Assembly (NCBI RefSeq): GCF_009914755.1
Contig: NC_060929.1
Strand: one strand, 5' to 3'
DNA length: 64,000 bases
From: the human T2T-CHM13v2.0 reference genome, Homo sapiens
Part shown: piece after piece, positions 35,355-57,590 of the stretch
How positions within the stretch are numbered: the stretch's first letter is position 1
Layout: each line of letters starts with the position of its first letter
Program-made: the position numbers and the translations under genes
The notes under the pieces: model-generated
The model's database searches: none
What the model saw: the letters and a program-made list of their open reading frames with translations, nothing else
What the model was told of the DNA's origin: nothing

Positions 35355-35847
35355 TACAGTGGCTTCCATTTGCAGATTTTAGTTTTGTGAATTTGCCTAC
35401 TCACTAAAATGCATGTGTAACCTCCAGAACTATACTCTGGAGCTTTTGCGGTCACTCTCAGACACTGCAGAGCAGTCAAAACCCTGAGTCACCCATGTCG
35501 GTTCCCACTGAGGTCACACAAGGAGACGTGGCCTCCCTAGCTCCCTCTCACACACAGGAGACCGGGGCAGGGTGAGGCAGGGTGCCTCGTTCCCAGGCTT
35601 TGCATCCCAGCTCTGGCACCTGACAGTGGCCTTGGGCAAGTCACTGAACGCCTCTGAACTGCATTTTCTCTTTCACAAGATAAAAAAATAGAAGCAAGAT
35701 GTGTTGTTTTGGATTTTAAGACTATAATCGATGTGAGAGGTGTGTGTATAAATATATTTCCCCCGGGGCAAGGGTTCCATATGTGCTAACTCGGTGTTCA
35801 CAGTGACTTTGTGGAGCATTGCTGCCTCAGATAACGAGAAGGGACTG
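35355..35847. mobile_element. Tigger-type (TcMar) non-autonomous DNA transposon relic with an internal MIR-like segment
   Basis: tacag..tttgtgaatttgcctactcactaaaat..tgtaacc at the start; ttcccc..ggttc..taact..gtgttcacagtgacttt..ataacgagaa..gactg at the end. Confidence 0.55.
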
Positions 35848-35982
35848 TGCATATTGGCTGCCCCGTAGACCGTGTCCTTGGGATGAAACCAAGCACTGGG
35901 CAGGGGGTGTGCATACTTATGGGGCCGGTCTGCCTTCCAGAGGCGGGGATGGCTGGGAGGTCTGTCCCCTGCAGAGCCATAC

Positions 35983-36228
35983 GTGAGATGAAGGCCAGGA
36001 GGACACTGCTCTTGACACACCTGTAGACACACTCGTTGCTCTAGGCCTTCAGCAGGGAGGCGGTGGACAGGATCGTGTCTGGAGCACGATCTTCTGCAAT
36101 TTGATTATTTCACTCATCATCACCACGTTTCAATGTCCATCAGTATACTTCCATCTAAACAAATACTTTCATCCTTGCACTTCTAATGGCTGGATGTGTC
36201 TGGGGCATCTGGAGACTGTGGGTTTCCA
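35983..36228 (-). pseudogene. AACSP1: AACS-like pseudo-exon 12, split by a ~120-bp insertion and carrying a premature TAG
   Basis: ccccag|TGGAAACCCACAGTCTCCAGATG (ETHSLQM), then an insert at 36087-36207, then TILSTASLLKA*SNECVYRCVKSSVLLAFIS. TAG lies at 36041-36043; donor CAC|gtatgg. Confidence 0.88.
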
Positions 36229-36360
36229 CTGGGGTGAAGAATCACCAAAAGATTAAAAGTAAACCCAGCTCCTGAAGCCTCACTCACAAGCAGGAAACAG
36301 GATGGATTTAACTGCCTTGATTGGCAGTACAGGGAATGAGTATTAAAGAGGCACACTCAC

Positions 36361-36419
36361 CCGGCTTCACGGCCTTCTCTTCCAGCACCGACAGCCACTT
36401 CGCCCTGGTTACCAGGATG
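36361..36419 (-). pseudogene. AACSP1: AACS-like pseudo-exon 11 (59 bp), ILVTRAKWLSVLEEKAVKP
   Basis: cctag|CATCCTG...AAGCCGG|gtgagt. About 6 bp shorter than the recalled AACS exon (ITVLVTGAKW). Confidence 0.88.
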
Positions 36420-36846
36420 CTAGGATGCAGGCAGGAAAGAAAACACCTTGAAGAAAATTCTTCAAGGCTCTTGCACCAAAGCTTCCTAAAGTTGGTGATT
36501 TATTTCTGACAAGTCTGCAAAACCTGAGACAGCATTTTTCTGGGTTGAACTCACACTTCGTGTTTACTGAAGTCTGAGTCACGGCCCTGCCTTGCTCACA
36601 GGCACGCCTGACTGTTCTTTACGCTGATACCAGTATGCAGGGCCAGCTCCCTCTACCATGAGGCTTCACATAAAACAGTTGTTCACAAGAACCCATCATT
36701 TTCGCAGCTGCAGTGTGTTTTATCTTGGGGGACCAAAGGAGGCCATAAAATTAAGACCTCTCAAATTCTATCCTCACACATTCATTCACCAATGAAGACA
36801 GCGCTACAGAATTATTATTAGTTTGTTTGTTTTGTTTTGTTTTTGA

Positions 36847-37074
<228 letters not shown>

Positions 37075-38359
37075 TAGAATCCACAGTTCTATGAACGTTT
37101 GTGCTCAGCGAACGACACACGCTGCTGAATATACATCACTGCGTTTTCAAGGGCAGCACCGTCTAATACGCTATTTCCTTCCTCAGCTTCTCTTCCAGCC
37201 AGGCAGCCCTTCACATGTAAACCTGATCTTCCCAACTAAAGAACATTTTTCTCTTTGGGGCCCAGAGATTAAGACCGTTCCGTGTCACTATGGGCAGTAG
37301 AACCTCAGTCCCCGCACATTCGGTGGAGAGACTCGTCCCAGGGAGGGAAGACTGCCATGGAACTCGCTGTCTGAAGGTGTGAGGCAGCGTGGCACAGAAT
37401 GTCCTGGAATTCAAAACTGGCTGGGCGTGGCTAAGGCAATGGCAGGGTGGGTCTCCCTCCATGCAAGGAGGCAGATTACCTTAGTCCTTCCATCTCCCAC
37501 ACCTTCATTCCTTTACTTTCCGAGACCCACCCTGCCACTGACAAAGCCACCACTGTACCCTAGAGATGGCTAGAGTTTTGGGAGAGGGAGACTAGCTCCT
37601 CCCACCATCCCTCATGCTTCTTTCACAAACCCAGAGTTTGATTAACTACTTCAACATCACAGCCAAGGATGAAGGTGTCACTCCCTTTGCAAGTATCAAT
37701 AACAGAAGATGGAGACCTCATGACTCTGATGGTGATCACCCGGCCCTGGACAACAGTGACCACCTCCAGCTACAGGTACAAAGCTCTCCAACAGCCACGC
37801 CCAAACACCACACGGGTTTTATGTAGCTTATCCGCCCACTGCCCACTCCCAGAAAACTGGAAGGCTCTCTGTGGTTCTAAAGCACGTCTAGTGCAGGCAA
37901 GACTCTGCACACCCCGATCTGGGTGAGGCTCCACCAGCACTCGGAGGTGGTGCTCTCCAACCTGGGAGTCACAGCCCTGCTTGTCTGAAGAAACGGCAAA
38001 GTCCCCCATCTACCTCCAGGGTGCACCTAAGACAGTTAGGAAATGCAACACCATTCAGCTCACGGAAGCATGGGAGCTCACCTGCGGGCACTCATGCCAC
38101 GTCTTATTTCTAGCGAGTACTGTAGGGGTCGCTGCACCGAAGCATGAGACAGCGTCAGGGCCCTAAACCATTGGGACCCGGTGCCTGCAACTGCCTGGAG
38201 CCCTGGGCAGAGCCGGGTGTGGATCAGCCTAGAGGCCGCCCCTCCAGGGTCACCAGCGCACCTGTGGGCTCCACCAACCTGAGTCTCCCAGCTTCTGCCC
38301 CTGCAACACTCTCTTCTCCACTCAGGTGCTACACCACCGTTTTTTGTTTTTTTTTTTGA

Positions 38360-38515
<156 letters not shown>

Positions 38516-39236
38516 TAATAACATGAACCAGATCACAGTGCTCTCCTGATGCAGAGCGTCCACTGCTGTTCCATTCCACTCAGGGAAAAACTCACCCTCC
38601 AAGCAGTCCCAAAAGTCCCTCCCTCTCTGACCCCTCTTTCCTGCCCCCAGTCTCACATCAGCCCTTTGCACTCAGGCCCCAGGAGGCCCCTTCCAGCTTC
38701 CACAACACATGCATCTCAGGCCCAGCTCCGATCCTGGGTTCTGGTGGTTCCCTCTGCCTGAAGCACATGTCCCCAGTCCTGCAAAGCTAGTTCCTGACAG
38801 CACTCCTCAGAGCCCAAGATCAGCCTCTCTCATTTCCTTACCTTCCCCCTCCCACTACCAGCCCATGAGGACAGAGTGCTGGCCCCAGGTCGCTGCTGTG
38901 TGGCCCCCAGGACCCAGTAGGGAGCTTGGCACAGAGCACGTAGCCCAGCATACACGGGGTGTAGATCCCAGCAGAGCACTGCCCAACCCATGCACTTCCT
39001 TAGAAGGACAAGCCTGCTGGCCTGCAAGGCCCCTGACCTCTAGAACCATCTTAGACGATGGCCCCATTCAGAGACGGACAACACCGGGCATTCCAGACAA
39101 CATCCACACCTGCTCCACTACCAGCAAACCTGGGCAAAGTCCCCGGGGTCCTGGCCCTAATTCTATCCAGAATATTCCCCGCACTGGAGCCTAGCAACAC
39201 ACCTCCATGAAGAATAAAATTCGTCTTATCTTGTCT

Positions 39237-39568
<332 letters not shown>

Positions 39569-40082
39569 TTATCAAAAGTGTCAATAAGGCTGGGAGCTGA
39601 CATGCCAGTAATCAATAGACATCTCACTCCACATTTACTAACAGACATGGGATTTAATCAGAGGCCCTGAGACAGCATCGTGAGGACTGTGCCTGCCCTG
39701 TGCTCCTCTTGTCACATAACAGGATTTGCCATGACTGCATTCAACTGTTGCACAACATTCAGTTTCCAGGAGGTGGACAGAGCTGAGCTGAAGCACCCTG
39801 GCCCGCCCAGCACCGGCTCCCTCTCACTGCCAGTGGCGACCAGGGTAGTGGCTTGAAGCCTGCATCCTTCTGACAGCCCCTCACCCGCAGCCCCTGCCTG
39901 GGTACCGAGTCACACCTGCCTCGCCAAACTGCACAAGACGCTCTCCCAGGCAGGGTAAAGGCCACATCCACAGGGAGCCCTGCGACAGCATGACCACACC
40001 TCAGCCAGCCTTGGTGCTCTGACCAACCCAGGGCCCCTGATGACGGCACGGAACCAGCCACCGTGCTGTGAACGCTCGTTCA

Positions 40083-40347
40083 TGTATGTGTGCACACATA
40101 CACAAAGCACACATATATCCACATGTACAGCATACATTCACAGCTGCATGCACACACACACCCACACCTATACACGCATACACCCACGCACACATTCATG
40201 CACTCACTTGCACTCACACATGTATGTGCACATACACACGCACATACGCACTCACACCCTCCCTTTCACATTATCACACTCCATGCACACACACACACTC
40301 TCACACGCACTTGTGCACACACGCGGGCTCGCACCCATGCACACACA
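40083..40347. repeat. Degenerate (CA)n/(CATG)-interrupted low-complexity tract
   Basis: Long alternating purine-pyrimidine run. Source of the His/Thr-rich and Cys/Val-rich spurious ORFs. Confidence 0.9.
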
Positions 40348-40659
40348 GCAGGGTCTCCCTGGGACCCTTCATCCTTGGATCTCATTAGCATTAGACCCCA
40401 CTGATGTACATTCCCTCTCCATCCCTCTCCAGTAACCCCTGATCCAGTGCATGCCTCCCACACACAACAACAAAAGCTCCGCCACCTGGAGCCTGGCGTA
40501 AGGGTGAAAAGGTAAAGATTCTAGAGCCATCTCAAGTTCCCGGGGATTTAATTAACCTTCGCTGGAAACAATCTCATTAGGAAATAGCCTTCCTCACTAA
40601 GATTGTGAGCCAAATGTCAGGATCTCAATATCACCCAGGCCAGGCCAAGTTATATTTAA

Positions 40660-41084
<425 letters not shown>

Positions 41085-41641
41085 AACTTCTACATTATCA
41101 TCTCTGGAAACACTGTCATTAGGCCAAGGGTGATCAAGACCATAGTGGCCAGAACACGCCAGCTGACTGTAATTAATTCATCAGCAAAGTGCTGATGAGA
41201 CTAGATGTTCTGATGCCTTCTAATGATGATGATGATGATAAGGGGTGGGGGCAGGGACCACCGTACCCATCCCCATTTGGATAATTCTCGGGCACTGGGA
41301 GGGTACCTGATGTGTCTCTCCTAACTGGCTCCTGCCTCTGCTCATGGGATTCCTGTCTACCATGCAGCCAGGGCTACAGGAAAAAAGTGACCACCTCCAG
41401 GGGCCCCAGGAAGCACTCAGTTTATTATGATGAGGTGAGGAGAACCCTGGAAGACAGGTGGCCGCCAGCCCCAAGGGACAGCTAGGGACAAGCAGGGCTC
41501 TCCTCCTGCCAATGGGCTCAGGAGAAAGGTGGCAGGAAATCCAAGTGCCACGCAGCCCCCCGTCACAGGTTCTGCACCCACCCGTCATGAACTTATCCAC
41601 ACATCTCCCCTGGGCGTTCAGCCTTCACCTCACTTCATCTC

Positions 41642-41974
41642 TGATATGGTTTGGCTGTCCCCACCCAAATCTCATCTTGAACTGTAATGTGTCATAGGAG
41701 GTCACTGAATCACGGGAGCAGGTTTTTCCCGTGCTGTTCTCTCGATAGTGAATAAGTCTCACGAGATCTGATGGTTTTATAAAGGACAGTTCTCCTGCAC
41801 ATGCTCTCTTGCCTCCTGCCATGGAAGACATCCGTTTGCTCCTCCTTCACCTTATTCCATGATTGTGAGGCCTCCCCAGCCATGTGAAACTCTGAGTCCA
41901 TTCAACCTCTTTTTCTTTATAAATTACCCAGTGTCACGTATTTCTTCATAGCAGTATGAAAATGGACGAACACA
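41642..41974 (+). mobile_element. THE1 (THE1C/D-like, MaLR) solo LTR
   Basis: tgatatggtttggctg..aaatctcatcttgaa..aagtctcacgagatctgatggttttataaa..gcagtatgaaaatggac..aca. Perfect 5-bp TSD ATCTC. Confidence 0.9.
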
Positions 41975-42604
41975 ATCTCACTCCTGAGTCTGAAGAACGT
42001 GTGTAAAACAGAACTCTAAGTGACCCTCAGTTTTCCTCCTTTTGCTGGGAAATGCCACAACTACAGAGATAAGATCAATGCGCAGCACGATGGCTGCAGT
42101 TGACAACGCCATACTGTGCAAGTGCTGGAACTTTGCTGAGAGTCAATTTCAGGCACTTTCATTGCTAAACACAAAAAGGTAACTGTGTGAGGAGATGCAA
42201 ATGCGAATTTGCCTGACTGCAGTCCTCATTTCACTACGTGCATACACAGCAAAATACGACGTTGTGTGCCTTACGATATACGCAATTGTTACTAAAAAAT
42301 AATCTTAAAAATAGAAATAGATTTTTAAAAGAAATGAGATCAAACGCTGCCCGTGGGATTTTTCTCAGCCCTCACTCTAGAGAGAAAGGCCCTGGTCCTT
42401 GGTGTCCCTCCCTCCTTAACAGCTTCACCTTCCGCTTCTGGCACCTCCCACATCCTCCTCTTAGAGAGGGGACGTCAACAAAAGCAGAGAATTCCGGAGA
42501 CGCCCCGAGCTCGGTAGAAGGCAGCCACGGCTCTGCATCCGATCCCAAGGAGCCTTCCTGGTGCTGCCTATCCCTTGTTCTGGGCACAGCATCTTGGTAC
42601 CTAC

Positions 42605-42728
42605 CCTATCCTGTCAACCAGGTCCCAGAGCATGTTGGGCACGGGCACCAGGGGGAGCCATCGTACAAGACCACGGCCACTCCTGTGGCCAGAATGGACA
42701 CCATCCCGTTCCGCATCATCCAGCCCAC
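42605..42728 (-). pseudogene. AACSP1: AACS-like pseudo-exon 10 (124 bp) with 1-bp deletion frameshift
   Basis: ttgcag|GTGGGCTGGATGATG...GACAGGATAGG|gtaggt. Reads [26 protein letters not shown], then shifts frame at the C run (42651-42655) to (L)[15 protein letters not shown]. Confidence 0.9.
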
Positions 42729-43269
42729 CTGCAAAGACAGGAGGGGTGTGGCTTCAGCAGGCACCAGGCAGCTCCCCCCGCAGCTGCCCCTCAGCTTCCT
42801 GTGTCCCTGGAAAACCACCTAAGATGGAGCCACAGGTGGGTGCTAACTGCCCATTTCAAACTCATGACACTTTGGCCCAGCAACTCCACATCTAAGAATG
42901 GATCGCACAGACATATTCATACATGTGCATGAAGACATGTCACAGAACGTCTGTTGCTCACTTGCTGGTGACAGAGACAAAGCAATGTAGGTGTTATCGA
43001 CACAAGAAAGGCCACAGGAGGTGCACACATGCTACTCACACCACTACGCAGCTAATGAACTCACAAGAGACGTTCAGAACAGCGCCTAGCCCCAGCAGGA
43101 TGAGGGAAGCAATTAAGCAGCCATGAAACAGAATGAGGTCTGGGCTGACGCGGAACCGCCTCCAAAGAAGGAGGTCTGGGCTGACGCGGAACCGTCTCCA
43201 AGACATTGTTCATACAAAGCAAGCATGCAGCATAACCCTGTCAGTCCAGAGGAAAGGACAGATATGTAA

Positions 43270-43400
43270 ACACACACGCTCACACACACATGCCCATACA
43301 TATGCACACACACACATACGTGCACACATGCACTCACACACACGTGCGCACACACGCACTCACGCACACATGCACGCACACGTGCGCACACACACACACG
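43270..43400. repeat. Degenerate (CA)n tract
   Basis: Alternating CA/CG/TG run. Confidence 0.88.
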
Positions 43401-44169
43401 CCTACAGGGGCAACGATCCACACTGAGGCAATGAAAATGATTGGCATGGCTGCCTCTGGGCCCTGGGAGACACCCAGCCTTTCCCCACACATCCTACTGG
43501 GGCTGCTTGAAATTTTTGCCATATCCAAGAAGATTTAAGTTTTTTTATTTTAATTGAAAACTATTATTAATTTCAAAAACGTTAAGGCAAGAAGGTGCAG
43601 ATACACTCACAGCACCCTCATCTAGACAGGGAGACTCCATGGGTGGTCCTGGAGCGAAACAAATACCATGACAGAGTGAGGGGGAAGTTCCAGCAGGAAT
43701 CTTGGCCCTGGAGGGCAACAGGGAGCACCCCAACCCCACCATGGAGGCAAGGAGGTCACCGGGGATGCGCCCAGCCTGGGAGGACTGGAGCGGACGTGGC
43801 TGGGTGTCCTGGGCCTCGCCCCACAGCCCCAAGGTCAGAATCTCAGAGGGCGGGGATGCGGTGGCCATGTGACAACCCCAAGTGGTTCTCACTCAGCCCT
43901 GGGTCAGAACCCCTGGACAACAGCTCGCAGGACTCAGGATGAAACAGAGCGCCAGGCCAGCAGGTCACCTACGGCATGAACGACGTGGTTTAGCCTACGT
44001 CAGGAACCTGCCTCCCGCCTGCCGCAGCCTAGGGCTGTCCCCAATTCACGTAGGCGACAGTGACCCAAAACCAACATCCCTGGGAAGCCCCACCCACACC
44101 TACTTCCCACTCACAGAGGCAGAGGGCACAAGGACACGAGGACACAGGCAAGGTCTCTAGTCAAACTGC

Positions 44170-45210
<1,041 letters not shown>

Positions 45211-45875
45211 GAAAAGATGAAAGGTAAAGGGAAAAAGGGGGGAGAAAGCAAAGGGAAAACAGGAAAGGAAGGGAGAGGAAAGGAGGGAGGGAGGGAAGTG
45301 GGGAGGGAGGACGAGTGGGTCACAGTACAGGCTGGGCCCAGGGCTGCAGGATGTGAAACTGCCAGTGAGGCTGCTGTTAGAATCCAGGTGGGGTCAAGCT
45401 GCTCCAAGGAAAAATCTAACTGCCTGATTCTTAGTGAGCAGGATCCTTCCAGTAAAAATGAAATGCCTCTGAGAAAACTGCTCCAAATTTTTGAGTTCTT
45501 TCCATTGTATCTTTCCTCTCAATACAAGACCCTGACATTTTAAATTGCGGTGTCCCAGGGAGGCAGCCGAACCCTGCATCCTCGTAGCTGCTGGGAGCTT
45601 TCTGCAGCTCCATAAGGACGCTGCACTGATGCTGCTGCCCGGGCTTCCTGCTCTGAAACATCTGAGAAAGGACCCGGCACACGAGGGCTCATTGGTGGGG
45701 GTGCGGCTGGCACCAGTATTCTACGTTAGGGATTGGGGATGGGGTGGGTTGTAGAGCAAATCCCTGCAGCTGAAAGAAACCTGAATCATTTGTCCCAAGA
45801 ACCATGTTAATTCACAGCTGGTCACAGAGAGCCGGGAGTGGCCTCTCCACAGTCACACGTCAAAAACACACCTAA

Positions 45876-46099
45876 GGTCCCCCCCTCCTGAGTCTGCGTG
45901 TGATCCCAGGGGTCTGTCCCCTTCATCAGTGTCTGTGGGAGGTCCCAGAGGTCTGTCCCCTTCACCGGTGTCTGAGTGAGGTCCCAGGGGTCTGTCCCCC
46001 TCCTGCATCTGTGTGAGGTCCCAGGGGTCTGTCCCCCTCCTGCATCTGTGTGAGGTCCCAGGGGTCTGTCCCCCTCCTGCATCTGTGTGAGGTCCCGGG
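45876..46099. repeat. 37-bp minisatellite, ~6 copies
   Basis: Unit ggtcccaggggtctgtccccctcctgcatctgtgtga. Near-identical copies start at 45980, 46017 and 46054; more diverged copies lie to the left. Confidence 0.92.
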
Positions 46100-46429
46100 G
46101 AGTCTCTCACAAGGGGCATAGAAGGGCCCTGGGCATTGACCTCACAGGTCAGGCACGTGCCTGTAGCATTCCACTTGGCATAAAAACTCAGCACAGAAGC
46201 ACCGCCCAGGACCTGCACCTAGATCATTCTGGAAGCTCCTGATGTTTTGAGTTCCCCTCTGGGGTAAAACACACTTCCTTTAACTTGTCCTAACCTTTTG
46301 TCTTTCAGTGCTCAACAAGGGCAGGAAGCCCTCTAACACCTGAAGTTGGGGTTGTGGTTTCAAGGTGTGGACTCCATGCTGCTGAGGCAGGGTGGGCGGA
46401 GGAGCGGGGCCATCTTGACACTGTGCCCT

Positions 46430-46806
46430 GGGGAAGCCCTCACTGAGGTGCAGCACAGGAAGCACCCCGGGGAAGCCCTTACCATGGTGTAGCACGGGCC
46501 GGCGCCCAGGGGAAGCCCTTACTGTGTGTAGCCTGGGCAAGCACCCTGGGGAAGCTCTTACAGTGTGTAACACGGGTCAGCATCCTGGGGAAGCCCTCAC
46601 TGTGTGTAGCACAGGCCAGCACCCCAGGAAAGTCCTTACCATGTGTAGCCCGGGCAAGTACCCCAGGGAAGCCCTTACCGGGTGTCATGGGCTGGCGCCC
46701 GGGGAAGCCCTCACTGTTTATAGCACAGGGCAGCAACCCGGGGAAGCCTTCACTGGATGTAGCACAGGCTGGTGCCTGTGGAAGCCTTTACCGTGATGTA
46801 GCACAG
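46430..46806. repeat. ~39-40-bp minisatellite, ~9-10 copies, overlapping the exon 9 donor
   Basis: Unit approximately ggggaagccct(t/c)actgtgtgtagcacaggccagcaccc. The last copy is the real exon 9 / intron junction. Confidence 0.92.
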
Positions 46807-46872
46807 AAGGATGTCACCGCTGGTCATGTTGCTGTGCAGCAGGTGCTCCGTCCGATGCTGGATGAGGGTGCC
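46792..46872 (-). pseudogene. AACSP1: AACS-like pseudo-exon 9 (81 bp), [27 protein letters not shown]
   Basis: Acceptor ccccgcag|GGC and donor ACG|gtaaag; the frame is open. Resembles AACS [27 protein letters not shown]. Confidence 0.9.
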
Positions 46873-47336
46873 CTGCGGGGGAGACGGGGACAGCGGGTGC
46901 TATCTATTAGGCGTACAGTACCAGGGTACCTGGTCCACATGCCACTCAGACGCTACCAGAAGCAGCCCCAGCAGATCCCCAATTTCTTTCCTGGCAGAAG
47001 CAGACTTTGGAGGCTCCCCCTTCTCCCTGGTGATGAGCCATGCCCCCACGTCCCTCTGCCACCCAAAAGCTGAGCGTGGCTTGTAGCCTGGAGAGAAAAA
47101 CCCTGACACTCCTGCCTGCCTTTGAGTTCTCAGTACCCTGGCCATCGAGGGCACCATGGAGGCCCACCAGCTTCGGGCAAAAGAGAAGTGACCCTTATTG
47201 AGAAGAGAGTCAAAGAACAAAAGACCAGGGCCTGACTGTTCCAGGACGGGTGCTAGCCCAGCGTCATAGGGGACAGAGATCAGGGGGTCGAGCCAACTGA
47301 GAGAAACGGGGAAATGAGCTATGGGGAGAGCAGAAG

Positions 47337-48301
47337 TGTAGGGAAAAGAAAGAGAGATCAGACTGTTACTGTGTCTATGTAGAAAGAAGTAGACATAAGA
47401 GACTCCATTTTGTTCTGTACTAAGAAAAATTCTTATGCCTTGAGATGCTGTTAATCTGTAACCCTACCCCCAACCCCGTGCTAGCAGAAACATGTGCTGT
47501 GTCCACTCAAGGTTTAATGGATTTAGGGCTATGCAGGATGCGCTTTGTTAAACAAACGCTTGAAGGCAGCATGCTTGTTAAAAGCCATCACCACTCCCTA
47601 ATCTCAAGTACCCAGGGACACAAAACACTGTGGAAGGCCGCAGGGACCTCTGCCTAGGAAAGCCAGGTATTGTCCAAGTTTTCTCCCCATGTGACAGTCT
47701 GAAATACGGCCTCGTGGGAAGGGGAAGACCTGATCGTCCCCCAGCCCGACACCCGTAAAGGGTCTGTGCTGAGGAGGATTGGTGAAAGAGGAAGGCCTCT
47801 ATGCAGTTGAGATAAGAGGAAGGCATCTGTCTCCTTCTCATCCCTGGGTAATGGAATGTCTCCATGTAAAACCCGATTGTATGTTCCATATGCTGAGATA
47901 GGAGAAAACCGCCTTAAGGCTGGAGGTGAGACACGCTGCCGGCAATACTGCTCTTTAATGCACCAGATATTTTTATGTATGTGCACACCAAAGCACAGCA
48001 CATTTTCTAACCTTGTTTATGACACAGAGACATTTGTTCATGTTTTCCTGCTGACCCTGTCCCCACTATTACCTTATTGTCCTGCCACATCCCCCTCTCC
48101 GAGATGGTAGAAATAATGATCAATAAATACTGAGGGAACTCAGAGACTGGTGCGGGCGCAGGTCCTCCGTATGCTGAGCGCCGGTCCCCTGGGCCCACTT
48201 TTCTTTCTCTATACTTTGTATCTGCGTCTTTCTTTTCTCAAGTCTCTCCTTCCACCTGACGAGAAACACCCACGGGTGTGGAGGGGCAGGCCACCCTTTC
48301 A
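47337..48301 (+). mobile_element. HERV-K (HML-2) solo LTR, LTR5B-like, 965 bp
   Basis: Starts tgtagggaaaagaaagagagatcagactgttactgtgtctatgtagaaagaagtagacataagagactcc; AATAAA at 48122; ends ggaggggcaggccaccctttca. 6-bp TSD CAGAAG/CTGAAG. Confidence 0.93.
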
Positions 48302-48518
48302 CTGAAGAGCTGGCCCAGAGGAGAGCCTGGAGCAGCATGAGGGCAAGAGCCACGGCGTGGACCAAGCGTCCTGACTCCCTGAGACTGGCCCAGAAGGAGT
48401 CCCAGTGCGAGGTAAGAATTCAACCCGAGTCAGAAAGAAGCTCTTTTATCAAGCCTAGGGGTAGAGGAGGATCAGAGAAAGGAAGATGTGATAGCGGTTC
48501 CTAGAAAAGCACCACTTT

Positions 48519-50319
<1,801 letters not shown>

Positions 50320-51375
50320 TCACTGACCCCTCCAGGGAGGTGGGGAGGAGCTGACCGGGCAGCTTGTGTGGTGTTCTGTGCACTTTAGCAGGAAAGGTGA
50401 GGCAAGATGGGTGATTCAGACCCACCAGCTCGAGCTGTCTAGCGGCCCCACGCTCCACACTCATCAGCAAGTTGCACCCACACCTTCCTTCACGCCCATC
50501 TGGGCAGCAGCTGAGGTGAGATTTCCACTGCCCACCCCCTTTTCCAGCACTTGCTCTTGCTTCCCCCCACCCTCACAGGAGTTTGCCTACAAAATTTGTA
50601 AGGCATACAGTTCAATTCCTGTGGGGGTGGGGGAGGTGGACCTACTATCTGGCAAAGCAGGCTTCAAACTCTGGTTTAAGGGGAAAATCTGGCCAAATCT
50701 CTTTCCTCCCACTCCACTGAAGACCCCACTCCTGAGCCTCTCCATTTCATCAACCTGATTCATCGTAACCACAGCTCTTATCACTCACTGAAATCACATT
50801 TGATTTCAATCACTGTCAGATGTACCCATTTGCTCTGGTCCCTTCATAAGAACGCAAGCACCTGAAGGTAGGGACTTCATCTCGTTTACTGCAGCAGTAT
50901 TACCAAGGAATGGAATCATGCGTGACACAGAAGTTTTGAAAACATGTGAGTGAAATAATGGATACTTATGTTCTTTTGTTCTTGTTTGCCTCACTGAAAG
51001 TCGCTTCCATTATTTGAAGTCTTCAATAAAGTTTGATTTCATATCATGTCTTCTTCTGATCTGTATTTGCCCATATTCAGGCAAAATGGGATGAAGAGAG
51101 TAGAGGCAGCATTGCAAAATGGCCTCAGGGAGTGGGTGGGGACTAGCCATTTCATGGGGCCGGGGTGGCTGCTATTGGGGTTTTAAAGAAAAAGCTGATC
51201 TTCCTTGCACTGGAGGAATTACTAGTGTAGAAGGCAGATGGACATCTAAACAGACAATCACGAAGTCCATGGAAAGCATCAGAATACTAGAAGCATAAGG
51301 GGAAATGCGAGCCTCCCGTGGTGGGCCAGGAGATGGGGAATGCTTCAAGAGGAGGTGACATCTGCACTGAGTCTT

Positions 51376-53066
<1,691 letters not shown>

Positions 53067-53212
53067 TCAGGGATGCAAACGAAACCATGAACTGAGCAAC
53101 GGTTGCCAACTGACCTCCTGGAATTGACCCTTAACAATCCAGCAGTAAGTAGGTTAAAATGCTCTCTGCCTCCCCACCATTAGACTGAGCTCCTTGAAAG
53201 CAGTAACTGTCA

Positions 53213-57590
<4,378 letters not shown>

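Noticed and set aside
45876-46806. CRISPR-like appearance of 37-40-bp periodic repeats
   Set aside because: Eukaryotic context. Units are contiguous and mutually similar throughout, with no unique spacers and no cas genes.
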